Below are positions 52,111-64,000 of a stretch of 64,000 nucleotides of DNA, one piece after another. Within the stretch, counting starts at the first letter, position 1. Each line of letters starts with the position of its first letter. The notes under the pieces are model-generated. The model was not told the origin of the DNA and searched no databases. It saw only the letters and a list, made by a program, of their open reading frames with translations. The stretch comes from Eimeria praecox (lineage: Eukaryota): positions 372,001 through 436,000 of the forward strand of contig OY986950.1 in assembly GCA_963920595.1 (NCBI GenBank). Reading direction: 5' to 3'. The position numbers were made by a program, and so were the translations under genes.

Positions 52111-52429
52111 GTGTCGAATGCAGTAAAGGCTGTACTGTGTGTCCTCCTCCATGCACTTCGAAACTTAAATAATGTGGGTTTGACATGTTTCCCGTTACCG
52201 GCATGCAGCGGTGATGTGCCTACAAAAGGACAAGGCGACGCTCTGTCCCCCTAGCAGGATGCGCATGATAAAAACAGGCGCCTATGTAGAGTTCACACTG
52301 CACTGCCCGCCATGCTGCGATGTCCACTATGCTGACAGGAGGTCATCACTGCTGGCTGCATGCGGTGTGCATGTCATGTCAACATGCACTGATGTGTTGG
52401 GGGTAGCCTCTCCTTCACACACTGACCAG

Positions 52430-53677
52430 CTACTGCTGAGCAGTTGAAGGGTCCGCCACACGCCCGCTAAAAAGAATAAGGTTGGTGTTCTCATCTACGA
52501 AGCGCAGCTGGAAGATGAATGGCTTGTCCACCTTAACGTGAATTGGGGTCTTAGGCATGGGCATAGCGCGCAGCATCATGATCATTGCAGATGCAGCAGT
52601 TGCTTCCGTGCCCTCTTCATTAACGTCGATGTCTGCCTGATGGACAAAAGATGAAACGAAAAGGTCCTTGTTGCCAGTAATTCCTGTGAAGTCTGCCTTC
52701 CCCATATCGAACATGTCAGGGGCGCCCAGTCTGCCAAAGATTTCCGTGAGGTCGACCTTGTTGTCATCTGCGGACAGCTTGAACTTTGGCAGGGACAAAT
52801 GTATCTCCTCCTCGAACGACCTGTCAAGGGCTGAGGCTTCCATGTCTTCAAATGTCTTCTCCAGCACCTGAGGGTCATTGATCATAGACTGCTCGAAGCT
52901 TGCGAAGTCCTCCGGCATGACGATGTATAGACGAAGTCGAGGATCGGAGTATGGCAGACCTACTGCCAAGCCCTCCTTTTTCATGGACACTAGGAGAGGA
53001 GCCTTGTCCAGTTTCCCATTCATAAACTTTACTTCTTTAGGACCGGAGGGAGTGAAGAAAACATCCTGGGTGGTAGCAGCACCTGAGAACTGCGTGAGCC
53101 ATGGAGCCTTGAAGTACAGAGCATTGACCAGTACAAGACGAGTCTGTGCCCCCAGAGCTGATGGGCTCAGGAGGTTCTTGATGTGATCGTGTGTGGTGTC
53201 AGCAACGAAGCGATTGATTTTCTCAGCAGCGGCTGCACCGTCGGAGAAGTCAATAGTTTCTGCACTCTGCTTCCCCTCCTCCAGCTGCTTCTTGAACTCC
53301 TTGAACTGCTTATTGCTCTCCAATTCAGGGTAGACGTATAACCGATTTGCAACGTTGAGAGCAACAGCACCATCCTTCTTAGGTGGCTGCATCAGTTCTG
53401 GGATGTCAAAGTTCTCATTGGGACCAACGAGTGCATCCATCTGATCCTTGGTTTCCCCCCCAGCACCTTTTTGTGCGGTATGAAAAACGCTAAAAACACT
53501 GTAGGGAGAATACACGAAATTCGGCTTCGCCTCCAGGCTGGGTCCAGCAATCTGGCCATAGAGGCGCTCCGCCGTCGTAGTGGAAGGGGTCATTGCACTA
53601 GCTGTGGAACTCTGTGACACTGCAATTGCTACAGCAGCAGCTGTGCAAAGTCGAGTTAGTTTACTTAATAATGCCAT
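52430..53677 (-). CDS. Secreted serpin (serine protease inhibitor), 415 aa, single exon
   Basis: Uninterrupted ORF from the ATG at 53677, with signal peptide MALLSKLTRLCTAAAVAIAVS. Serpin motifs: NFVYSPYS, LVLVNALYFKAPW, LSLPKFKL, hinge EEGTEATAAS, VDKPFIF, LFSGRV. Confidence 0.97.
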   Translation of the reverse strand: MALLSKLTRLCTAAAVAIAVSQSSTASAMTPSTTTAERLYGQIAGPSLEAKPNFVYSPYSVFSVFHTAQKGAGGETKDQMDALVGPNENFDIPELMQPPKKDGAVALNVANRLYVYPELESNKQFKEFKKQLEEGKQSAETIDFSDGAAAAEKINRFVADTTHDHIKNLLSPSALGAQTRLVLVNALYFKAPWLTQFSGAATTQDVFFTPSGPKEVKFMNGKLDKAPLLVSMKKEGLAVGLPYSDPRLRLYIVMPEDFASFEQSMINDPQVLEKTFEDMEASALDRSFEEEIHLSLPKFKLSADDNKVDLTEIFGRLGAPDMFDMGKADFTGITGNKDLFVSSFVHQADIDVNEEGTEATAASAMIMMLRAMPMPKTPIHVKVDKPFIFQLRFVDENTNLILFSGRVADPSTAQQ

Positions 53678-54175
53678 TTTGGTCAAACTGCGTCCGTCTC
53701 AGCTGACGCCAATAGAAAGGAGGAGAAGCAGCGGCTGCTACGCTCACCACTGGCTACCGCACTGTATGACCAGAGATGTCGCGGCTCCAGAGCCGTGTGG
53801 AAAACGATTTGTTGGCGATATATATGGGAAGTGTTAAGCAAATTAAGTCAAAAAATTGGCGTGGTCAGAAAAAAAGAAATGTAATCGGCTACTCAACGGG
53901 AACAACAGAAGCACCTGCGATCGCTCTTGCCTTGCTTTCTGGTGTGAGTGAGGCTCTCGCTCGTCGAACAGTCGTGTGATCATGCCGCGGCGCCCGTTGT
54001 GCATCAACAGCAGCATTGCCGCGTATTTGTTCACCTATATTGTTCTATATAACAATGGGGTGTAGTAATGCATAGTACAGCAGGTAGCTAGCAGAGTGGA
54101 GCCTGTTTGCTAGCTGGATAATTGCTTGTTAGCCGATTGTTGGACTTGCACCCATGGGCGCATTATGAAACATAG

Positions 54176-54415
54176 AAAGCCGATTGATGAGCTTGTATAG
54201 ATGAGTGCATTCTTATGACCAGGGAACGAATGGATGAGTTTATGCCAGCTGCTGCATTTTTTAATTTTCTTCGGCTTCTAGAGCAAAAGGGAAAAAGAAT
54301 GTGCCTAGCAACCTAGGAAGCCGATTGATGAGCGTGAACGGAGGAGTGCATTCTTATGACCAGGGGACGGATTGCTGAGTTTGTGGGAGCGGGTGTACTT
54401 TCTTATTTCTTTCGG
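54176..54415. repeat. Diverged 141-bp direct duplication upstream of the serpin
   Basis: CCGATTGATGAGC...GAGTGCATTCTTATGACCAGGG at 54180 and 54321. Confidence 0.85.
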
Positions 54416-54456
54416 TTTGTAGTGCCCTTTAGCTGCGATGCAACCGCAAAGCCTGC

Positions 54457-54543
54457 TGTTCTGTAAGCTTGTAATCCTTATTGATTCTACGCTGTGCCCT
54501 TAGCAGTGGGTAGAACCAATAAGGATCACAAGCGTACGGAACA
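54457..54543. repeat. Imperfect inverted repeat (34-bp arms, 19-nt spacer)
   Basis: TGTTCTGTAAGCTTGTAATCCTTATTGATTCTAC pairs with GTAGAACCAATAAGGATCACAAGCGTACGGAACA at 30 of 34 positions. Confidence 0.9.
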
Positions 54544-56297
54544 CTGGCCCCACTGGAAACAGATAATGGCAAATCGGCTAGTGTGGCGCTTGGCAGGTGT
54601 TTCAAGAGCTTGCTTCTCGCAGTCTTTCGTATCCATCGTTCGATGTGGTGAGCGTTAACCGGAGTATTGACAGGATGTGAAGCATATGCGGGGATAATTA
54701 TACTTCATATGTAACGAAGTTGTAACGATAATTGTCGGCGCATTCACAGGCAACTGCTGAGAGCTGCAAGGTAGCCCTAAGAACAACATGATGTATCGGA
54801 ACATGCAGTTGACTTACCCTCCTGCTGTTAGGGGCTTACTGATCTAATCGAAATTAGGAAGCCCTCTTTCGGGGCATGCACACACAAACAATTGCTCAAC
54901 ACTTACTTGGCTTCCAGTAGCCAATATGTACCCAAACATAGGCGTATTGGCTGCTCTCCGCTAGACGCCCCTATGTCTGTCTGCCGCGCTTGGCCACCCT
55001 AATCAGCACATCGGCAACCCGTAGAGGGAGTGAGGGTGCATACACCGCGAAAAAGAAAACTAAGATGGGGTGGCAACAGGAACGGGAATCGTCAGCTCTT
55101 GCCGAGTACGGTCGTGAGCTGTAGACTAAGACTCAAAACACTTAACGTAAGCGTTAAGAAAGAACAGTCAACCTCCCCTGCAACTTAGGCATCCTACCGG
55201 CACACGCCGCAGTCCCTGGTACGGGTAGGTGGCGTCCTGTCATCAGCTACAGCACACGCCGTTGCAACTCTTGCTGCAGAGGCAACGCCACCTGCAAGCG
55301 CATCCAATTCCCCTGTTTATGCATGGAATCACACTGAACACAACTGTCAACTATGTACTCTGCCCTTAGTAGCCGGCCTGCAAGCAAGGAAGGAAGAAGC
55401 ACCGTGCCCTCAGACAGAACACGCCACACACTGCCACCGCTGCAGGTACGGAAATCCCTGGGTTACGATTCAACACCGTACTTTCTGCTCTCCTTCACGC
55501 CAAATAGTCGTTGTGCACGAGGGATCTTCCAAAGGACTCAAGGAAACAGCATCATTTCTTTTCTTCGTTTGTCCTTAGACCGCCGCACGGGCGAGAGGCC
55601 TCGCCACACCGTTGGGAACAATTCAGGGCTCCAAAGGCATTTTGGAGGTGTATTCTGCTGAAAGAACTCTTGAATTTTGTTTTCTTGTTGCAAAATATTC
55701 GTGTAGTTGTCCATCGGTCAGCAGACAGCGACAGCGGCGGGAAATGGGGGGCCCCGCTCGCCAGAGCGCCTGATGAGTGGGGAATTTTGCTGCTGGTATT
55801 CATCTTGTACACACAACTGTGGCTTATCTGTAATGTCTTTCTCTCCGGATCTTTTCTTTGCTCTAAGTGACGGACAGAAGGGAAAAGGGCTCCTACCTCC
55901 GTAAGAACTCGCATTGTCACCCCCGACATCCAGGCGGAGTCCGTAGGAAACTTGGCTGTTACTGCCCCGTGGCTTCTTGTTACTTACTTTGTAAGCGTTT
56001 TTTGACACGTTAAAGGTATTTTCGCTCTGACGAACGGCGACTAAGAGGAAGAGTTCTGTCTGAAACGGCAACTGGGAAGGAGCTGCAAGCGGCGCCGCGC
56101 TTCTGCAGCTGCGCATCCAAAACTTCCTAAGGCAGTAGAAACAACAGCAAATTCGGATATACGCCTTCGCACTAGCACGTACGAGGGTAGCGACCTATTG
56201 TTTGGGGTCCAGAAGGCACAGCGCCGGGCCGAGCAGGTGCGCTGACGCCTCTTCCTTCTACTCCTTAGGGCGGCCCCATACAAACTGTTCCATCACC

Positions 56298-59200
56298 ATG
56301 CGGTTTCCTCCAGCCGAGAGTCTTTGGGCATGTACGGCCATAATATGGGTGGCGGTCATATCTCTCTTCTCCGTGGCAGAGGTGAGGAGGCAGAACGAGC
56401 TTCAGTGCATGATCATGGGGTAATCGAAGGCCAGAGTTATGTCTTGTACATCATTTCAATTTCTTGCAGAAATGCAGCCATATAGATGAGCTTGCGCTTT
56501 AACTGCCCCTCAGCAGTTCGTCCCGATCTCACCACTTCTTGCCATGATTCGCCTCCCAGTCTCCCCTTTCTTCTGCCCCTTCACCAGTGTACCCCCTTGC
56601 TTGTCAGCTCCCAAGCCTCATTCTAACTTCCTCGGCCCCAGAACCGGATTTATAGTTGAGTGAGCACTGGTCACCTGTGGTTCACCAGTGGTGCGGCTGC
56701 GGTGGGGTGTTCACAGGCAGGGAGTCAGATGTCTTTGACGGGCTACAGACCTCTGCAGTACAGAACAGCAGCCAGCTTTCCCTTGGGCCCCTGGGGCCGC
56801 GTGTATCTCCAAGGAGCCCCCGTGTGCACTTGTGAGAAGCTACTGGAAGGCCTCGAGCGGCCGGCGACAGCTTCTCCCCGCGTTCTCTGCGTCGCGAGGG
56901 CTACGGCGCTCAAGGCCCAACAGGTGAAGCCCGCGCATGCACCACCTGCATCCCGCTTTAGCTAGATTACTTACTTGCATGTTTCTGTGTGCGTTTGTTT
57001 GTGTGTGTGTGTATGCGTATGTGTGTGTATGCGTATGTGTATGTGTATGAGTGTACGTGTACGTGCGTGTGGAATTCCGTAAGATCGGACTGACTTAGGT
57101 CCGGTCTTAGGTGGCTGACAGTTCTTGCCGCACATAGGTAGTATATATCAGCTCTTTTTTGTCGGCTTGTGCGGCAGGTGGAGAAGCTTTTGGGGATGTC
57201 TCACTTCGTGCTGCTGTTGCTACCTCCAGCAGGGGCTCCCATGAACGCAGCGGCAGCAGAGGAAATAAAGCAAATAGAAAAACTGCTGCTCGATCGAAAC
57301 AGCGCTTCTGCTGTTGCCTTTTCGCGGGAAACCAAGGATACTACAGCGTTGCTAGAGAGGCTGAATAAAGATGGTATGAAACCACGAGAGAGCAGCATGC
57401 ACGCTTGTCAGCAAGCCCATGCTGATGCATGTATGCATGCATGCATTTGGTATAATTAGACACACTAGTACACATATATATGTGGAATATATATTCGTCT
57501 ATGTAGTTGCACAGACGCCGCGACATTTCCAGATCCTGCAGACTTCTGCTGGCTGCATGCATGCAACTGCTGCTGGCGGCTAGGAGCCGCTTCTGCTGTT
57601 GCCTGCCTGCTGCTGTAACTCCCGGTGCTACCTACGGCGGTTGTTGTGCTGATTCAGATGAATATGAGCACGCCCCCGCGAGGACGCGCATGCTGCGTCC
57701 GTTCTTAACTGCACACTGCGCGTTGACAAAGGAGCTGCAGCCCATCCCGCCGGTCAAGGGCACGACACTGACGGTGGGTCTGCTGCACTTGTGTTTGCAT
57801 GCACCTGCGTCTGTCTGCCGCTGAGAAGGCCGTAAAAATAACGAAAGCAAGCTGTACAAACGTGTGGCATGGCAGCCTCCTCCCCTGTGAACGCGGGAGT
57901 ATATGCGTATGTCTTATACGGTGGCGCATGCGAGGGGCTATGCTCATCTGCAGAGTGTATTTGCACTGGCATTTATACCGGTGTCACGTTCATATGTTTT
58001 CCTGGCATTCATGCGTATTGTTTTTTGTGTGTTTTGGCGGTCAGTGCGGGGGGAATCAGTCAGCAGGAACGCATACACTTGACGTTCATGTTTCAGGGTA
58101 TGGATTTTGCAGTCCATCTAACAGCAGCGTTACAATTGACTGTGAATTCATCTCCCTCCATGTCTGTTTCCTCAGTCGTGGCTAAATGGACAGCCTGGTC
58201 CAGAAGGCGCTGCCCCCCCTACAATTGTATTTGTGGCGCATCACGACGCCTTCGCCGCTGTTCCTGTAAGACGAATACCGAAGATCATATTAAGCTTAAG
58301 CTTTTCAGTGCCATTTTGCTGTTAGGGCGCCCTATGCAGGCAAAGGGGCTTTTTCCCGCTTTGGGTCCTACCTCTTCCCCCCACCCCATCCCAGCAGAGA
58401 AATTGAATGTTCATGAACATGCACATGTTCTTTAAGGATGGCAATGCTAGAATCACTTTCGTGCGCCAATTTATGCAGCACTTCGCCACAGGCATCAGCA
58501 CCGGCGCCAGTGGACTCATCAGTAAGCACTGCACACGACTGCTTGTCTGCTCACCTGCATGCCTACAGCTGAGCATGCTAGGACTCCATATTACAGAGAT
58601 ACGTGCCTTCTGTGGAGTTGGACCCGACATGTGTATGAATACGTATTTGCATGCACGTACTATATATGAGCATTTATGCCTGCGGCACTTTTTATTTTAT
58701 AGTGCACTTGGTAGTAGCACATGGACTCTGTGCTAAACTGTTGGTATCCGCTCCATAGAGGAAGTTCAGGAGCCACGAGCCTTTGGCGCAGATGAGGTTT
58801 GCCAAAGGAAGCCGGTTGTTCACCGTTAAGGCTCTTACTTTCGCTTGCTGCAACTGCCTTGTTGTTCATACAGCTCTGATGTGGCTGGCTCGGGAGCTGA
58901 AGAAGATTTACAAGCAGGAGCCTCTTAAATACAGCGTCGCATTTGTGTTGGCGGACGCAAGCGCAATGAACTACGAAGGAGTTGCGGAGTGGATTGGGCG
59001 CACAGACCCAAGGTAAGGCGTGGGAAACTGTCGAAACAGGCTACGCTTAGGACTAAGCAACTTTGCAGTTTAAGTGCTTGTCTGTACGGCAGTGCACTTC
59101 GCTGTTGTTTGTCTGCCCCACAGCTCCAAGGGCACTGCACTCACATATACTTTTCGGGGCGCAAAGGCGTTCATGGCATTTGCAGTTTCAGTGATTTAGG

Positions 59201-61346
59201 AGTGGTCAATCCTCATTTTGTCTGTAGAGAACACCAAAATGGCCTCCAATAAAGTAACTTCACACTTCTGCTGCTTGGCATGGGAACATTCAGGCTGCTG
59301 AACGCCACGCGCTACGTCTTGTGCCTGGACAATGTAGCGTCCAGCTCTCTGAGCTTACACACTCCGAAAATATACAAAGACCCCGAAGCGGCGCGTTTCT
59401 TACAGGTTGGTCTGAACGATTAGCGCTGTCCGAGGCTTAGAACTTTCTATGCGACTTTCGTTTAGTGCCTGGAGTACAAATGCTAGAAACGGAGTGTTTG
59501 AAATGAACTACAGACTCTGGAGAATGCTTTGAAAGAGGAAGGAGTAGAGTTGATCACCCGCCCGAAGAAGATCGCTGCAGGGGAGAAGGTGCTGTCGTTT
59601 TGGCCCCACGAACACTTCACAAGGGCGAAGCTCATTGCAGGCACTCTCTCAGCAGAACCTGAACTTAAACACCTCTGGAATCGGAGTTCTCTGACAGATG
59701 ACAGGTAAACACAACAAATGGTGTAGGCATCCACAGGTGGTGCGGATTGTATCAGGCACTGCATGCAAGTTTCGGAACGGAGAGTGTGACTGGGGATGTT
59801 GTGAAATATGCCTTCCTCTGTTCAACATGCTATGACTTTGTGTTTGTCGTCCTATTTTTGCTTCTACATTTTGTTGTTGCAGCCTGAATAAGCCCGCCCT
59901 TGTGAAGGCCGTACGGGGCCTTGCAGAAGGCACTGCACGATTTTTGGCGAACTCGAACGACACCAAAACTCGGTTAACATCTCGAGGGGACGGAGACGCT
60001 TTGGATGTCTTCATCAGCTCATGGGTTGACTTCTGCAACAAGACCCCTAGGCAAGTTGATGCTGGCATGGACACACCCGCGCATCCAAGCACCCTGTCAT
60101 GTCTGCAAAAGCACCAACGTGGTTTCCCGCTGTATATAGATGCAAGGGCACATGCTTAGCTCTTTGCATACACACGACGCTGTCATGCTACTGAAGCTTT
60201 CCTCTGTAGTTCAGACAGTTGCATTCCCTCCCGCTTGTGCCGAATCTTCAGCAGTATACCCCTCATGACCTCCCATCTACGCAGTCACGAGGATCATACG
60301 TGCTGTTGTTTGGCCGCATTAAAGTTTCATTTCTGCATGATTCATATGTCACAGCTAGCTGCGAAACACAACTAACTGTACAGCTGTTTGTATCTGATTT
60401 AGCCAAGCGCGCTCCATAGATATGCCTAACGACTTTCTGCTGGCTCATGGTACTGCAGGTTCTTCGCCTACAGAAATGTTGCAGAATACATGGGCTCTTC
60501 CTTTGCAAATCGCGTATTTTTGAAGTCGTTGGCGGATGAGATGGAGAATTCCGGACTGTCTACTGAGATGCATGAATTCGATGTAGACCTGGGTGGTTTT
60601 TCCTTTTCTTACGTAAGTCCATCGCTTATTGTCCATGTGTTTGAGAATTGATGCGGGTGTCATGGGAAACGCGATGAACAGCAGCTGGTGCTTCCCGTAC
60701 TGATGGCTATGAACGCACCTCAAAACATCTTGCCAATTGGGTTGATGGATTTATACCCTACAGAGTGCACGAGACACTGACTAGAACATATAAAGTTTAA
60801 TCTTCGTGAATGGTTTGCCATGCGCCGCAAGTGACTTGTTGGTGTACTTTACCCACTTGAACGTTGTCGTCTATGTATCATAGGGTGTACCTGCAGGTTG
60901 ATATCAAAGTACTGCTTGAATGTGCTTTATATTTTGCTTCCAGGAGCCTCCAGTGACCCTTGATATAGCGGAAAGCCGCTCTACCTTCTTCGACTGGCTT
61001 ATTTTGCTCGGAGCCGTCGCATATTCTATTGCAATTTACTTGGCGATCAGAGGCGCCATGTCTACCAAGTTACTGGATGGTGAGATGTACACCAATGCAA
61101 GCACGCCTGGAAATGAATTTACACTGGCCAGACACCAGACACATTAACGTAGTTGAGCACACATAGATGCATGCATACGCATATGCGCATAGACAAGGTT
61201 CTCTCTAAACAGAAGGAGGCAGCGTAGCTTCAATATACCTGCATTCACTGTTGTATTCGTCTTCAGGCTCAGCTAGTTCCTCCCAATCTACCTCTAATAC
61301 GAGCAGCCGGACACCTGCTGCACAGGAGGCGGATCCAAAGTTCTAG
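56298..61346 (+). CDS. NCLN: Nicalin (M28-peptidase-like, single-pass ER membrane protein), ~13 exons
   Basis: Signal-peptide exon 56298-56381 (MRFPPAESLWACTAIIWVAVISLFSVAE). Nicalin-like blocks follow in order: GYRPLQY, PTIVFVAHHDAF, ALMWLAREL...MNYEGVAEW, YVLCLD...LSLH, WPHEHF...AGTLS, then the TM segment FFDWLILLGAVAYSIAIYLAI. Stop at 61344-61346 if the last exon is 61267-61346. Confidence 0.85.
56985..57070. repeat. (TG)n/TGTATGCG alternating purine-pyrimidine microsatellite in nicalin intron 2
   Basis: Read directly from the sequence. Confidence 0.9.
57425..57565. repeat. Cluster of overlapping TGCATGCA palindromic octamers in a nicalin intron
   Basis: ATGCATGTATGCATGCATGCAT at ~57425 and CTGCATGCATGCA at ~57553. 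This is a known abundant non-coding motif in coccidia. Confidence 0.8.
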
Positions 61347-63257
61347 ATGCGCGCATTTGAATGACCTGCCCCAAAATTTGCAACATTGACGGGTGGACTA
61401 TGATAAACATGTTATTACATTTCGTGATAGGGCTTTATGTGCATGTGAAACACTGGCAGCACAGGGAGGGAAAGAGTGAAGAGCGTCTTATCTGGGGCAT
61501 TTGACTTAACCCCACTTTTGACGTGTTTTCTCTCCCACTGTCACCTGGCTTGTGGCCAAAGTCAGTGAACGCGCCACTGGAACGCGATACTTTTAGTTTT
61601 GCGTTTCTTTCTTGGCGTATTCTCCCTCTCCCGGTTTTGTTGGCTAGAAGCTGAAACACTCTTCACCCCAACAAACAACAGACCGGTGGCGCTTATAGTT
61701 TGCAAGAAGTGCGCCGGAGAAATGCTCCGCCCCTAACTATAGCGTACACCACAGTTTAATCGGGACACTGTGGGGAACTAATTGCTTCTTCGCTGCTACT
61801 GCTACCAACTTGCATATAGTCTAGTACACTTCGTAGAGTCGTCTGCCGCCCCTTTCAGAGGCTTGATCCCTTTTTCGCCCCCCCCTTGCTTATCAGTCTA
61901 ATTCGCGAGGTGCAGAGATAAAGGAAACAAGCATTTGCAGTAGGACATGCACAGGTTGCGTGCGGCATTAGAACGTTCACTTTGAAGCTCTACAGTGGCA
62001 TTCGGCGCTGTCGAGACTGAAGACGAAAGCTGCACATTTCAACTTGTAATAACCTGAAGCTTAGCAACCGTTGACTGCTAGCCAGACAGCGGGCCTATCA
62101 ATCCACGGACTAACCCAGTAATGCTCACATGAGGCACTCCTGATGGCAGGAGAAAACTTGAATGATGGAGCAGACAAGGCGAGACAAAATGAAGCAAGAA
62201 ACGATGAGACAGTGACAGAGAAAGTACGCCTCACGTTATGAGCCAGAGAAGCGCTTGCTGCAGCACGTGTGCAATCGAGGAGCCGCCGACTCGCTCTGCA
62301 GTGACACTACCTACAAAGCTTTTCTTCTGCCACGAGTTGTTTTCGACCTTTGTGCTGCCTTCATTACTTTCATCGAACAACTGCTGACGGTTCTGACTAT
62401 GATAACGGACGAAAAATGGTTTGCTGTTTGAAGCTTCTGTGAGATGGCCTGTAGAACAGAACGGCTCTAGCATTCTTAGTTGTGTTTATGTTTTATCTGG
62501 TTGAGGAGCTAGAGAAGATGGGGGGTACCTTGCAGGGTGAAAAAGCCACAGAGTTCTGCCCTTTTTTTCTACCGTTCGAGTCCCTCGCTATCAACCTATG
62601 GGCGGGTCTTTCGCCGCCTTCTTGCAAAATTGTGCTTCGCCTGATAGCGCATAGTGGCTGCAGCCCTCCTTTGCACTTCACCACCTCAACTGCCTCCCCC
62701 CTCCCCCTCCCCTCATCCCCACCCTCCCAGCTTAAGCAACCTAAGGAGACGCTGATACTATAAAGACCCCCAAGCAGCAGCTATGAGCCCGAGCCTAAAC
62801 CCTAAAACACGCAAACCTTGAACCTCAGTTACCCTTTGGCAAGTCAACATGGGATGTTGCACAGAGGCAACAAGGACAGGAGCATTACAAGAAAGTGGAA
62901 GGACACTGCCAAACCGTTTACCCCTGCCCACTGGCGAAAAGCGGCATAGACCCACAGACGGTCGAAGGAGGCTTCTAGCAGAAGCTGCTCGTGAAAACCC
63001 TAGATAGAGGCTGCAGCAGCACCAACACTTGCACTGCTTGCAGCTCTGACAATACAAGCAGCGACAGCAGCTCTAATACAGCTGTATCAGCCGCAAAAAC
63101 TGCTGTTGCTGCACGTTCTGGCTGCTACAACAGCTGTTGCAGCGCCATTATTTCTTGGATTCCTCCCTCTGTGACACTGCGGCGTCTTATGGAATGCAGG
63201 AACTCTTCATGCATTGAGTTGGCTGTATGAAGGGCACAGCAAGGCCTCAGGTGCAGC

Positions 63258-64000
63258 CTAGGAGGCTTGACACTCGAGCGTTGAGAGGATAAACTCTAGT
63301 CTCGCTTGAGGGTCTAGAGCTACCCCCTTGTTTCTACCTCCTCTAGATCCTTTGGCTTTGCCTGTGCTTCTCTGCTGCTTCTCCGCTGCACGCTCCAGCA
63401 ACGCCTGCCGCAGCTCATCTCCTCCGTGAAGGACAGTACTAACTGAGGCGAAGGACAAGACCCCTACAGTGTTGTATTCTTCTAGGGCTGCCATGATGTC
63501 CATATTCTCTTCGGGTGTGTGTGCATCAAGGTCCTCAGGGCTCTCTGCCGCTTCGCAGCTCACGTCATCAACTGCAATGGCTTCTGAGGTGTCTATACAG
63601 CTCGCACTGCTCGCCTCTTCTGCATCAACAATCTCAACAAACCCAGATGGCGTGTGCGGAGCAGCAGCTCTTGATAGTTGCTGCTGGTTGCTGTAGGTAG
63701 CTGCCAAGCTGCTAACGGCAAGGGCAGTAAGCCTCTGGACCAGCAGCACAGCCCTCTGGGGCCCCTCAGCTGCTTTTTGCATGCGTCTGCGGGTGGCGAG
63801 CCGCTGCTGCACCGCAAGAGACTGAAGACGTCTACTCTGCAGCACGGCAGCAGCAGATCCGCTGTCTAGACACTGCAGGGCCCCCGGAAGGTCTCCATGC
63901 TGCAGCAGGGCCACCGCTCCGAGGGTGAGCTCCCCCACTAATTCACTGGCCGATGATGAAGCAGGGGAAGCCACTGGAGAGAGACACATGGGGGCCATCT
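63258..64000 (-). CDS. Unidentified protein; probably the 3' coding exon of a gene extending beyond the window
   Basis: 246-aa ORF open to the window edge, with A/L/Q/S-rich helical composition like the neighbouring genes. No family recognised. Confidence 0.6.
   Translation of the reverse strand, partial: MAPMCLSPVASPASSSASELVGELTLGAVALLQHGDLPGALQCLDSGSAAAVLQSRRLQSLAVQQRLATRRRMQKAAEGPQRAVLLVQRLTALAVSSLAATYSNQQQLSRAAAPHTPSGFVEIVDAEEASSASCIDTSEAIAVDDVSCEAAESPEDLDAHTPEENMDIMAALEEYNTVGVLSFASVSTVLHGGDELRQALLERAAEKQQRSTGKAKGSRGGRNKGVALDPQARLEFILSTLECQAS

Noticed and set aside
56398..56456. Minus-strand C/D snoRNA-like pattern (ATGATGT...CTGA)
   Set aside because: The C box is imperfect, there is no convincing terminal stem or rRNA guide, and it lies antisense within nicalin intron 1.
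57080..57109. 11-bp hairpin TAAGATCGGAC/GTCCGGTCTTA in nicalin intron 2
   Set aside because: Too short to distinguish from chance in 64 kb.

Overview
Eukaryotic, intron-rich DNA, most likely from an Eimeria-like coccidian (Apicomplexa). This is inferred from an ApiAP2 domain, a secreted serpin, an apicomplexan-type subtilisin, CAG-encoded Q/A/L runs, TGCATGCA octamers and AAACCCT heptamers. The window has two very different halves. In ~1-37.5 kb I recognise no intact gene. That half holds nested, very recent segmental duplications (1-6.6 kb and 17.5-24.6 kb) and an 8.4-kb array of ~34.5 copies of a 243-bp satellite with a homogenised core. The ~38.7-64 kb half is gene-dense: a TFIIB/BRF-like cyclin-fold protein that appears fused to an ApiAP2 domain (+), a signal-peptide/GPI-type subtilisin (-), a divergent protein arginine methyltransferase (+), an intronless serpin (-), nicalin (+, with one GC-AG intron) and the 3' part of an unidentified gene (-). 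All exon structures were assembled by eye from splice consensus and frame continuity, with no alignment or RNA data. The most interesting items are the TFIIB-AP2 fusion and the satellite-containing gene desert.
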